NCBI RefSeq assembly: GCF_024521635.1
Contig: NW_026250405.1
Coordinates: 1,364,001-1,428,000 of the forward strand
Reading direction: 5' to 3'
Length of the DNA: 64,000 bases
Origin: Tricharina praecox
Lineage: Eukaryota
Below the pieces are notes generated by a model. The model was given only the letters and a program-made list of their open reading frames with translations, ran no database searches and had not been told where the DNA came from. Positions 37,991-50,487 of this stretch are shown here, piece after piece (the first letter of the stretch is position 1; every line of letters begins with the position of its first letter). The translations under genes were made by a program, and so were the position numbers.

Positions 37991-38567
37991 TGGTTGGGGA
38001 CACCTAAAATAAGAGTGAAAAAATGCCCAACTCCACCCCCGGTTTAACTCAACCACAGCACCCATTAAAATTAAAAGAGCTCTATAAAACGATAGAGAAA
38101 GGGTTAAAGTGGGTCGCTATAGAAGCGGAATAAAAATAAACAGCGTGGTGAATTAATTTAAGTGGGTTGAAAAAAACTGATTTGTATGGGGAGGATTTTG
38201 GAATGTCGCAATTAATAGCATGCACTAAGGCTCTAGCGCTTTTTAAAATTCCTAAAGCGGTAATACGAGTGACAGGTAATGAGCTATAACCCGAGCCTTG
38301 GCACCGATTGATCCTTGCTCACCCCAACTGAGCTCGCGTATGAGTGCTATTCGACTTGAACCTCCTCAGAACACACGCAAATAGGTCAAAAATGGGGCCA
38401 TATGGCCCAAAATTTTTCACAATTACGAAAATTACTTGCTCTGTATTCGAAAAATTGCCTGCGGCGCACTTCTTGACCCTCATTTTGGCGTAGACACACT
38501 TAATCACGAGTGATTTGTCAGCCAAATGAATGTCGCAATTCACTCCGGTTTTAGGCGTCCCCAACCA
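37991..38567. mobile_element. 577-bp MITE-like element with ~30-bp imperfect TIRs and TA flanks
   Basis: Left TA|TGGTTGGGGACACCTAAAATAAGAGTGAA; right end reverse complement TA|TGGTTGGGGACGCCTAAAACCGGAGTGAA; AT-rich non-coding interior. Confidence 0.8.
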
Positions 38568-39185
38568 TATATCACACCCAACCACGCGGCCACGCATAAT
38601 GTAAGGGCTCATACTCCGAGCCCAAGGTCTTCAACCTCCGCTTCTGTTTCATGCCCCTTACCTCTGTTTGTTCTGCAAGAACGTATCCGGACCCGGACGT
38701 AGTTATAGGTACATCGCATGTGATATTCACGCATGTCGGCGGCCGCCACCTATGATCGTTTCTGCGATATCAAGGCTAGCCGCCGATGTGATGCAACGTA
38801 GAAGACGGGGGAGCTGCCAATCCTGTGGATAGCAGATACGGCCGGAAGCTACTTAGGCAGCCATCCGACGGGTCGGACAGGTATTCGCGGCGATCCGTGA
38901 GATCCCGGCCGTGTTGCATCGGTAGGTATGTACCCTAATATTTGCGAGACAGCTGTCTGAGGTCCTCCTTACACCTGTAAGGCGTTATGCTTAAAGTACC
39001 GGCATAGTTCAGAGCCATAACAAAAACAACGACACGGATTCGATGCCATTTGTGCTACATCGTCCGCCCTACACATGAACGGCTCTTATATATAGCGGGG
39101 GAGGAGACGCTGTCAGTATCCAGTTTCCCATATCCTGCGAATTCCACGCGATTTGGTCCGAAGAACGACGGAATTCTGAATAATT

Positions 39186-41143
39186 ATGTCAAGCACAACA
39201 CTGGACGATGATGCGAAGCAGGTCAAGAACCTGGGATATAAGCAGGAGCTCAAGAGAACACACACGACATGGTGCCCATGCCCCCAACTCTCGTGTTGGT
39301 GTGGAGAAAGCCCTTACTGATGATATAGGTCGCTCTTCGGGCTTGCTTTCATCGTTCTAAACACGTGGACGGCGCTATCAGCGTCGTTCTCGCTGGCGCT
39401 TCCATGGGGTGGCCCCTCGGTTGTGCTATGGGGCCTTGTCGTTTCGGGTATATGTAACGGGTGCTTAGCCGCGAGCATGGCCGAGTTTGCGGGACTGTAT
39501 CCTACGTGAGATTCGAGCTGGTTCCCTGGTTACGATCAGTCTTGCTAATCCGCGTAGCGCTGCGGTATGATTCCGGATATGGTGTGGTAGGCGAGTTTCA
39601 AAACTGACGTGAACAGGGCCAATACTACTGGGTTGCGATTGTATCGTCCCAGGAATGGGCACCACTGCTGTCATGGATCTGTGGGTGGGTAAATCTGGTC
39701 GGTTGGGTATTCCTCACGGGCATGGCTGCAAGCTTCGCGTCGACCATGATTGAGGGGATGGCGGCCATGATGAATCCTGTACGACTTCCTCCCATTCGCC
39801 TCGTGAGCTGAAGACTGCTAATCGTGGCCGTTCAGACATATGTTAACCAAACTTGGCACACGTTCTTGATCTACGCCGGAATCGCGACCCTCGTATTTTG
39901 CGTCAACGCCCTCGGCAACAGCCAATTGCCCTTGCTCAACAAAACAGCCCTTGTGTGGTCCCTTGTTGGATTCGCGATCATAACCATGTCTGCACTTGCT
40001 TCCGCGGCCCCGAATTATCTGCCCGCAAGCTTCGTCTTTGGTGGAGTCATAAACAAGTCGGAATGGCCAACAGGCCTTGCCTGGACGATTGGATTGCTGC
40101 AGGGAACGCTATCGTCAGTATCTCTGTCATTCCTCGGCCATGAGGTCTCATTAATACCGTGCAGTCTCATAGGCTACGACGCCCCCGCCCATCTCTGCGA
40201 GGAGATCATAAATCCCTCCAAAAACGTCCCACGAGTAATGGTATCCACCTACCCCCTCCCCACCACCCACCTCCTTGCTTTCACCAGCTGACTCCGGAAT
40301 AGATTGGCTCAGTAATCATCGGTACAATCTCGGGCTTCTGTCTCTGTATGGCGCTCCTCTTTGTCTCACCCGAAATTGAGTCGGTCCTCGCCGCACCCGA
40401 AGGCGCCCTTCTGCACATCCTCACCTCGGCCACTGGGTCCCAGCAGGGTGCAATAACGCTCAATACCTTTCCCACACTCTGTTTGATACTCGGCACCACA
40501 GCGATCATGACCACCGCCTCGCGCTTGATGTGGGCCTTCGCCCGCGACGGCGGACTCCCCTTCTCCCCATGGCTCGCACACGTACATACCGGCCTCGGGA
40601 TCCCACTTAACGCGCTAGTAGTGACCTATGTCGTCGTATTGATCTACGGCCTCCTCTTCTTTGCCGGTGCGGCAGCATTGAACGCCCTCGTCTCGGCGAG
40701 TATCGTGAGTTTGGGTATCAGCTATGCCTTCCCCACGTTCGTGAACATGTGTGGCGGTCGTAGACGCCTCCCCAAGAATCGCCCATTCCGAATGCCGGAG
40801 CCCGTCGCTTGGGTGGTGAATTTCATCGGTGTAGCGTTCGTCGCTGTTACTACGGTGCTATTCTGTTTACCGCCTGGAGGCCCGACTGTTACGAAGCAGA
40901 CGATGAGTGAGTGATCTTCCTCTTTTGCATATGGAAGACTTGCAGACGACTGATTGGATGGTAGATTATACGGTGTTGGCATTGGGAATCGTTGTTATCA
41001 TTGCCGTAGGCGATTACTTTTTGGATGGGAAGAGGAGATTCAAGGGGCCCCGGCTACCGGTGTTTGATGATGAAGATTTGGAGAGGTTGCAAGATGTAGG
41101 GGTTTTTGGGGGTAAACCATCGGTGGATGTTAGGATGGCTTGA
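39186..41143 (+). CDS. APC-family amino acid/polyamine/choline-GABA permease, multi-exon
   Basis: LGYKQELKR, GGPSVVLWG, SMAEFAGLYPTAAGQYYW, GYDAPAHLCEEI, SRLMWAFARDGGLPFS; multiple TM segments. Confidence 0.93.
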
Positions 41144-41817
41144 TGGGTTTAGGTGGAATGTAATGATCAATGGGCCGACGTTCACGGTTGCATGGGATAT
41201 CACTTGCATGATTTATGACCAGTCGCGTCAAAAAATTGGCCTTAGCTCATCTAGAAAAAACGGTGATTACCATCAGTCATAAATACCAGAAAAGGCATTT
41301 CTATCCATATCCGGAAGAGTGAGTTTCGGTAGGGACGGGAAATTTCGCAGCTATTATTCAGCCTCAACGGCCCGTGGTGGTGGCGTGTGGTTGGAGATGG
41401 AATTTATGCGGTTGCGGGACATGGAGTAGAAGCCGACTCACCCTGGCCGATGGAAGCCGAATGGAACCCCGTCGGCCCGATCTCCAGCAAAACCCGTGTG
41501 GTGGGGGCCAGGTTTCGTGTGGCCCCTGATGAAAGCATCAACCAAAATGAGAGCTCCAAGAAAACTCAGGCAGAATGACCACACGTATCAGAGCCTTAGA
41601 TTATCGGTATATGCAATTGAGCCTAGAAGTGACAGTAGCAGCGGGTGGCTCTAACAGCGCCAAGGACGCGAGACGAGGCGTCTCACTGCCGCCGCCGCTA
41701 TATGCCGCCGGAACTTACCTCTACCTTACCCACCACAGTCCACACCTCACATCACTCCTATCCACCTCACCTCCACCAAACCCTCAAAAAACTTACCCAC
41801 CCGACGACACATACGCA

Positions 41818-43299
41818 ATGGCGTCCACAGATTTGTCATGGGTGGACAGTGCATTCCCTTTGCCATCCCAACAAAAGCTCAATGCGTCCGTACGCGCCGC
41901 GATCGGTAACAACCTCCCGCACCACCACCTCCTCCACACAAGCTTGCTAACACAGCACGCCGTACAGCCAAAGACCCCAAATCCGCCAGCCTCTTCACTG
42001 ACATCGGCGCATATATCCAGAGCCTCCGCAACGATCCGAACACTGCGGAGCCGGTAGTGAAGAAACGGAAGCTCGACACACCACGCGACTCGCCAGCACC
42101 ACCGGCACAGTCCATGGCGACGACAGTCCTCAAGGTGGAAGGCATTAGCTTCAGTGTTCCGCAGAGGAAGAAGTTCAACCTCGTTTTCACCACGGCGGGG
42201 GTAAATGCCGTTACCGCGGCCGGTGATGTGGAGTTTGGTTTGCTATATGATGATATCGGTACCTCCCCACGCTACTGTCTTTCCGGGGGTGGAGTAGGGG
42301 CTAATGGTGATGAGATTAGACTACGCCTGTTGTCTTTCCGTTCCTGATAAGGCCATGCGACAATGGAACTTCTGCCTGCTCCCTGTTGGAGCGGACGGGC
42401 TTCCGGGGAGCACAAAAGACGCGCTTGTGTTTACGATTCCCGACGGGGCACCAAAGACGGCGAGCGGCGATGCGATGGGGATGGGATACGATACTACAAC
42501 GTACCGGACGCTGCTGGTGGATCTTTTCAATGCGCAATTGAAGCCGAGTAAGTCGAAGATCTCAGCAGTTGAGGAGCCCAAGGTCGGCGTATTCTTCTCA
42601 ACGGTGGTGCAGAGCCATCGGAAGGGCGAGAAGGCGTTTCATATTAAGGCGCATCGGGGGAATAAAGAAGGTATCATACGTCTCGTTAAAGATGCGGGAA
42701 ATGGAGGCTGATGGATACTAGGCTACCTCTTCTTCCTCCAACGCGGCATCCTCTGGGCTTTCAAGAAACCGCTCATGTACTTCTCCTTCAGCGACATCGA
42801 CTCCGTCTCCTATACCTCTATCACAAAGCGGACCTTCAACCTCTCGGTGCGAGTACAGGAGGACCGTGGCGGTGGCGAATTCGAATTCTCAATGATCGAC
42901 CAGGAAGACTATCCTGGTATCGACGCCTACATCAAGGCGCGAAAGCTCAACGACTCATCGATGGCAGACACGCGCCGCGCAAAGCACTTCAACGTCAACG
43001 GGAAAGCCGACAGCGACGAAGTTGGAGATGGCAGTGGGATGGGAGAGCTCGAGAAGGCGCTGTACGATGCTGAAGACGAGGAGGAGGAGGACTATGTCCC
43101 CGACGCCGATGGAGACGATGATGGAAGTGCGAGCGGGAGTGACGGCAGCGAGAGCGATTCCGACGCCGATGAGAATCATGAGATGGAGAGTGATGGAGAG
43201 CAGAGCGTCGACCTTGAGGATGAGCTTGGCTCGGAAATGGAGGATGTTGAGCCTGACGAGCCGAAGCAGAAGAGAAATATTAAGGGCTCAAGGTCTTGA
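41818..43299 (+). CDS. RTT106: Histone chaperone Rtt106-like (double PH domain + acidic tail), 4 exons
   Basis: ISFSVPQRKKFNL, FHIKAHRGNKE|GYLFFLQRGILWAFKKPLMYF, SYTSITKRTFNL, EFSMIDQEDY..IDAYIK, long D/E tail. Confidence 0.9.
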
Positions 43300-43723
43300 T
43301 TACTACGGCTATAATACGACGCCACCAAGACGTTAGATGAAATGCGTTTACGTTTATAATGAGAATGAATGCAACGAAGCGGCACTTTGCAAGGTAAATG
43401 CAATCTAGATTGCACATCAATTCTATGATTATCCTCTCAAACGTTCTCATGGATATGAGGCGAAATCGGCCCATCGTTAGATACACATGATGTCACTCGG
43501 CATCGAATCTGAGTATCGGAACGATGGGGTTTTCCAGTAGGAATGAGCGTAAGACGAATGGAGAGAAGTTCCAGACTTGGAAGCGATGGTCTTGTTGGAG
43601 TCCTTTCTGTAGTAAGAGCAGCCATATCCGTTCCGAGTTACAAAATAAGTATCATAGCCATTTTGACGGCAATTTATAGTAGGTATCGTACAACAGGTAG
43701 CAACCACGCAGTCCCACCATCTC

Positions 43724-44561
43724 TTAAACATTGCCCACGCCCTTCTCTAACATCTCGACAAACTTCTCGCCCAGTTGATCGGCACTAGTCGGGCCGTTGC
43801 CACTCACGAGCTCGCGGTCTACCACCACCTTCGGCATCAGCGGTACCATTGGCGTCTCAACGTCGCATCCCACTTCTTTCAGCGCATCCTCACACCGCGG
43901 TAGCTTCCCACCCCACATAAACTCGTTCGTGATTTCCTCCTTGTTGGAGTAGCACGTGACTTTGTATCCCTTGTACGGGAAGGAGTCGGGGTCGGCGGGG
44001 GAGTGTGCAGAGAGCAGGGCTATGGGGCCATGGCAGATCACCGCAGTCTGTACCGTCCGATCCGTTAGCTTCCGCCCGTACGGGGAAAAGGAAAAGAAAA
44101 AACAAGTGGAAGGAAGCAAATACCGGCAGACGCTTCTCATGAAACCAGCCCATAATCCTCCCCAGCTCCGTATCCACCCCCAGATCCTCCATGGGCGCAT
44201 GTCCACCAGGCACAAACACGCCCGCAAACTCCTGCAGCTGCTGATCCCGCAGCTCAGCGAACCTCTTCGGCTGCGCGAAGTTCCTTTCGACGGCCATCTT
44301 CTCGAGCAGCTCCTTCTCGCGCGCCTTCTCGGTGAACGAGAGGAACCACAGCGCGTTGTCGGACAGCGGGTCCAGCGCCGGCTTGCTGCCGTCGGCGTTG
44401 GCAAATACCGGGGTGTAGCCTGCCGCGAGGAGCCGGAGGAGCGGTTGGGCTAGCTCTTTGAGGAAGAAGCCGGTCGCTTGCTGCCGTGTGCTGCCGTCGG
44501 AGCTGGTCACCGTGATGCTGTCGCGAGAGGAGAGGACGATGAGGACTTTTTTGGCGCTCAT
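43724..44561 (-). CDS. DJ-1/PfpI (Hsp31-like) family protein, 2 exons
   Basis: KKVLIVLSS, TGFFLKELAQP, VFVPGGHAPMEDL, nucleophile elbow AVICHGPIAL, VVVDRELVSGNGPTSA. Confidence 0.92.
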
Positions 44562-45053
44562 TGTGGTGGGTGTGTTGGTGGTGTCCTTGGTGGTGTTTGT
44601 CTTGTATAGGTGGGTAGTGATGCAGGTGATTGGCATCAATTGAGGGATTGTACATACCGGGTGGTGAGGGATAGAGGGGTCGGTGATAGATATATTCCGA
44701 CTAAACTGAGCTCTTACGCTGCTATGAGTTCATACATACATTGTACATCTTGAAAGGACCCTGTTGGCACGACGATCCGGGACCACCGGTGCCGGACGCG
44801 ACATTGACATCATGACGTCACTCACATTGCTTATCACTCACGGCCGAGTCTTATCTTGTGAAGATGTAGATCATGGTACACTCTGGGTTCAGTTTATCTA
44901 CATAGTCACGTCACGCCACATTGCAAATTTTTAGGTAACCAGTTGTCATTTTTCACTCGTAGAACTATTCTAACCGCTTCGTCCCTCATCGAACCAAACA
45001 GAACGTTTCCTCCGAAATTTGACGTGGTAACCTACAACTCTCACTCTACTCAT

Positions 45054-46997
45054 TCAGGCCATCTTGTCGAAATCTTTCTTGAAGTCCCCCCTCATCCTCG
45101 CCATCCGGCCACGGAACTCTTCGACCGCATTCATACGACGAGGCTCGCTCTCTTGGTGTTCGGCGCGAATCTCCTGGCCGTGGGTCTGCTGGCCGTGGGT
45201 CTGCTGGCCGTGGATGTCCTGGCCGTGGATGTCCTGGCCGTGAATGTCCCGAGAGTTGGTCTGAGACAGGCGCTGAAGTTCCTCGATAGGCATGGGACGG
45301 CAATCAAGAACCCAGTCCTCGCGATCTTCGAACTCTCCGACTGTATAGCCACCGACATCCTCGGTCGGATAAATCAAGATTCCATTGGGACTCTGGGTAA
45401 TCTTGAGGCCTATCTGCTTTCCTTCGGGATGGGGGAGGTGAGCTAGATAGTACTGCAGAATTTGGTCATGAACCTGTTTCATGTTAAGGTGGGACTTGAA
45501 CATTAGTGTCGTCTCGGTAATGATCCCACCGGCATGATCGCGCAGGCAGCTGCCGACCATGATGGTTTGGCCTTCGTTCTCAGGTTCACGGGGTCCAACG
45601 GGTCCAGGGACGAACTTGGGCGCGGCGGGCTCCTTATTCTTTGGCCCCGGAAAGGTCGGCTCCGGAATGATCACAGGTGGAGTATCCTGGAACTCCCGGC
45701 AATGATATCTGCTGAAACCCATAGCCTCGAGGGTGTCGGCGAGCTTGTGTCTGTTCCAGTGTCTCCAGAACTCGGTACCGTCTCCTGGAGGGTTCACGAC
45801 CGGCGAAAATCGGCCAGTTCTCAAGATCTCCTTGCCGCTGCTATTTCCGGAGCTGACGGACGGTAAATTAGCGCGGTATTCGCGTCTCCAGAATTCTTTA
45901 CCAGTTCCTGGAAAGGCGACGACTGGGGATCTCATTCTCTCTCTGATCGAGTAGAAAGGGTACCATTCTTTCGGCACTCCAAGTGAGCCTTGCGTAGGTT
46001 CGTAGGCGGAGCTACTGCGACGGCTTAGCCCTCCGGATCCTACCGACCACTCCGATGCTCTCGACCGCTGTGACTGAATTCCTACAAAAGGATTAAATAG
46101 AGGTTGCAGGGGGATCGGCTGGCTCAGCTCAGGTTTTGAATCGGTAGCACGTTTCGGGACCAAGCCAGCTCTACCAGGACCGACTGGGAAAGGACATCTC
46201 GGCACCGAGCTCGTCATATCTGGCGTTTCCTGATCCACGTGACCAGCTCTACCAGGGCCGACTGAGAAAGGAGATCTCGGCACCGAGCTCGTCATATCTG
46301 GCATTTCCGGATCCACGTGGCCAGCGGTAGGAGAGTGGACTGGGGTAGTGGTCGGACCGGTTATGAACTGAGGCGATGCAGATGGCATCAACGCTGGAGG
46401 GTCTCTGTAATTGAGCTGATTCTCCGGGTTCCTCTCGGGGTATCCCTGGGCCACAGGGGCGCGCAACTCGTGAGAGATCCAGGTTGGAGCATAAACAACA
46501 TGCCAACCCATCTGGTTCTGGTTCTGATACTCATCGAATCCGTTCGGGTCTTGAAGACAAATGTAGAGGACATTGTGACGCGAGGCGTAAAAGTCCCAAA
46601 AGTTTCGGTGGATCTTGTAGCCGTCGGCAGACAGAACCGCAAAATACTCGCAGTCCTGAAAGGCACCAATCATGTGCATGGTATCCATGAAGGCCTAGTG
46701 ATGGAGTGTGATGTTAGAAATAGTATGGTTGGGGGGGGGTTAGGGTGCAGGAAGGTTGCTGACCTGGTAGTTGATCACAGCTTGGCGAGGGACGCACCAC
46801 AGGTCGTTGTTTCCGGCCCAATGTTCAGGGAGAGGAGGACTGCAGACTTATTAGCTGCATATATTCATGTAAGCTCGGATGGAATGTTTAGCATACCGCG
46901 GGTTGCCGGCGTAAACCACTAGACGCATCTCGGGGCGCGTATCCACGGCCATGTCCGGAGAATTAGGCATCTCATCGTAAAGTGAAACTGATTCCAT
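45054..46997 (-). CDS. Orphan protein (~600 aa) with internal repeats, 3 exons
   Basis: 544-aa ORF extended upstream by two canonical introns (GTATGC..CAG; GTCAGC..TAG) to ATG 46997 (MESVSLYDEMPNSP). Confidence 0.65.
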
Positions 46998-47618
46998 TGC
47001 TGCCTGTGGTAATTGTATGTGTTTGTTTCTTTTCTCGTTGTATGTGTGTGGATTTTCGGTGATTTGATGATTTGATGAGTTTGTACGAGGTCGGGGTTAT
47101 GTATGTGGATGATGTGTTGTGTAATGGTGGTGGTAGGTAGGAAACACGGGGAGTTAGAGGGGTAGAGGAGATTCAACCCTTCTCTTCTTTGAATTAGTTG
47201 CAAATGTCCGTCACAAGCACTGTGTGGTGAGGATAGGGCACTGTGTGGTGAGGGTAGGGCGGGCACTGTACGGCGATGGTAGGGCAACCTTCCGTCCAAT
47301 GCCCCGGTGGACGGATAGGGCGGCCGGCCGTGGGGCGGGCGAAGGTAGGGCGACCTTCCGGTCCAACGCAGAGCCCTACTGCCCCGGTGGACGGACAAGA
47401 TTGTCAGTCCTAGAGTGGGCGAGATTTACCGTCATAGCTAAGCTTGTTTCCGGCGCAAAACACGGGTCACGAAGGAAATAAATGATCGAGAGATCTACGT
47501 AAGCACATCTATACAATCTCCTGGCCTTGTGGGCCTCTCGGTCGATGGGAGGAAATTATTCACGATTCACGATTCACGACTCGCGACTCGCCATCAGGTT
47601 GTAGGTAGAATATTCTAT

Positions 47619-48750
47619 TCATGGCTGCTCGAGCGGGAAGAGGACATTTTGTGCTCCATGCGTAAGTATTAGCCCGTTAGATGCCTTCGCGATCTCACCA
47701 CCAGCCTCCGCCTGTAGAATCTCTTCAGCACAATCTTAAAATACCACCTCCGCTTCCAAGTCACCGAGGATATCAAAAACACCTGCCCAAACCTTCTGCG
47801 TGATCTTGGGGCCATGGCACTCCCAGAATATGACCTCTTTCACCTTACCAAGCACACCAATGTTTTCCGGATCTTGTTCTTTGACAGCCTCCAAGAACTC
47901 CTTCTCAAGCTCCTTGAACTCCGAGCCTTCCTGCAGAACTACAAAGATCCTACGGAAGTCCTTCCACTCACTCTTTTCCCTCTGACCCTCCAGACCGGCA
48001 AAGTTGAAGACGATATGGTTGATTCTGAAAGCACGCTTCTTGACTAGTGAGGGGACAGGAGTGCGACTGACATAGCGGGGACGAGGGGCGTGAGTAATGC
48101 GAGGGCTAGGGGAACCACACGAAGGAGCTACATAGTACCAAGGTCAGTAATCCACAAAACAACGTTACTAGAAGAACTCCCACAGGTCGCATTCGTAATA
48201 CGTTTCCTAATCTCCTGTCCAAGTCCCAGCATATCCGCACTCAATTTACCGCTCGTTCCACCCTCTCCAATGCGGGTCCGAAATCGACGCCGGTAGTAGC
48301 CGCACCGTTGTCAGCCATGGCACTCATCTTCGCCTGAACTACGTGCAGCCTCTCCTACAATTCTCTATTCTCCGTTTCTTTGGCAGCATTCTTGATCGAC
48401 TCCATGTTCGCGGGACGCTGTTCGGCGAGTGCTAACATGAATTGGCCGAGATCGGGCGACTCCTGCAGTTGTGCGCGCATCCAGTCCTGTGCAGTTGCGT
48501 TGTTGAAGGAGCTGATGTCTCCAATATGGATGTCTCCGATACTGCTAGAGGGGTTGCCAATGCTGTGGAGAAGGAAATCCAGAAAACGTTGGAGCGAGAT
48601 GGTGCTGGTACTTGGGGGGCTCTCTTCCACCGTCGGGTCTTCGATAGGACTCCAGTGTTACTTGAAGTTCGATAGGATGGCCTCGAAGATGGAATCTGGG
48701 GGAGTCCGAGCGCGCGGAGTGTCGCAACCGGAACCTAACACGCCCGACAT
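47619..48750 (-). pseudogene. Disrupted orphan gene (in-frame stops plus a frameshift)
   Basis: ATG 48750 frame interrupted by TAA (48658-48660) and TAG (48355-48357), frameshift near 48245, putative intron ending at 48044, then coding-like VKKRAFRINHIVFNF...VWAGVFDIL. Confidence 0.5.
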
Positions 48751-49096
48751 TGATGAGTGGTTTGGTGGAGAGTGTGAGTTGAAGTCAGTAAGGTTGCTTT
48801 AGTACTGCTATCTATATAAGATTCGTGTCATAGAATATGTTAGCTCGTCCTGTTATGTCACTCGTTTTGCCAAAGTTAATCTGGCCCTATCTCTTCCTTT
48901 CCACTTGACACACGAGCAAAAAGGGAGCACAAACACCTGTATCGCTCTTTCTTTCATAGAATACAGTCAGTCTAAAAAAAACTTGCTACTCGCTGCTGCC
49001 GAGTCATGCAAAGTCACCAGGACGCAGTCCCACCTCCCACGAGTTCCAAAAGCCCGCACGTATGTAATAGTACACCAGCGAATCCAATTCAACCAA

Positions 49097-50124
49097 TCAA
49101 CCGGAAGACTCTCTCTGCTGGCCCTCCACCGTCCCCCGACGATCCCTAATGTCAATATGGACGTACGGCTTCACTCTCGCGGAGCGCATTCGAATCGCTC
49201 TCGGCCGTTCGTTTTGAGGGAGCTTGCGCAACGGATGTCCGCCGAGCGTCGACATGGAGTTTCGTGGAGTCTCCCTATTGCTGACCACAGAACTTCCCAA
49301 AAGCAGCTCCTCCAACTCATCTTCGCCGTCCGAAGGTGTTTCTTCACGACGATAGCTGATCGGTAGAGTTGGAGACACGGTTTGCCCACCGGCGCCGGGG
49401 CCTTTCGATCCTACCAATCTTCATCAGTGCTTAACCAAAGAACCCGCACAGACTACGCCATACTTCTCCCGCTTATCACCTCCTTAAACCTCTCTCCAGC
49501 AGCTTTCAACTCCGCTTCATACTTTCCCCAAGCAGCGGCGATATCCCTCTCCTCCTTCGCAACCACAATGGCAGTAAGCCCCTTGACCGCCAGATCCAGC
49601 TCCTCCACGCGTCTCCCCAGCGCTTCCACAAGCCTCTGTTTCTCCCTGAGCTCAGCCTTGTACCTATTCTCAGCCTTAACGAGGACCCTCTTCCATTTGC
49701 GGTCCGCGTTGTCCCTGTCGGCCAGAATCTTCACCTCCCGCTCCTTTGCCGCTTCGATCTCGTCGATATAGCTCATCACCAGCTTGAAGCCCTGGCTGCG
49801 GATGTACCCCGCATCATCGTAGCGGGCCAGCACCGTGCGTGCGGTCTTTGCATCCACGCCGAAGTCGGTTAGCAGCGCCCGCCGGAGATCGAGGAGGGTC
49901 AGAGGCCGCGGTGAGATCGAGGTTAGGAGCTTGTTGTACCACGCTACTTGTTGGGCGTTGGTTAGTGTTGATGGGATCCGGAAGAGAACGGTTTCCTCGT
50001 TGTTGTTGGCTTGCCACAGGTAGAAGTCGATCTGGTCGATGAAACGGAGGGCATCGACGGCAGCGTGATTGTTATTGCTGATGGTGGGCTTGGGGCGCTT
50101 TGTGATCGAGAGATGAGAGTTCAT
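49097..50124 (-). CDS. 324-aa protein: Gag-capsid-like N-terminal domain + coiled coil + disordered tail; exons 50124-49464, 49410-49097
   Basis: 223-aa and 106-aa ORFs join in phase 1 via intron 49411-49463 (GTATGG..CTGAT..TAG); Gag resemblance is by eye only. Confidence 0.65.
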
Positions 50125-50487
50125 GCTGGTTGGAGGCTGCCTGGGTAATAGCAGTAATCAAAACACTTTGAAGGTATCTCAGAGGGCCAAAATTGTTATA
50201 TCAATGCAATAGAGCGGGTAGGCTGTAACTTTTCGCGATGAGTATGGTGTCTGAGCGTGGGAGGGTAAGGTAAAAGAGCCAGTTTGTAGCAGCGGCTAAC
50301 GTAACACGTTTATCAACTGTATTGGCACGGGCCATTTCACGTAGAGACCATGTCCGCAAACATTGAACCGCATGTCTCAAAGTCAGTGGGCTGGTTTTTG
50401 TCAATAAATAGCTGGTAGAGATGCTTTTGTTGCTGTATACAAATCAGATCTTTGGGAATGGTATGTATTCGAGCTCTTCAGGTGCAA

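Noticed and set aside
45170..45250. Link between DIHGQ/QTHGQ repeats and the (HGQ)n frame of the 57.4-kb array
   Set aside because: Different unit lengths (15 vs 9 bp) and 12 kb apart; most likely coincidence
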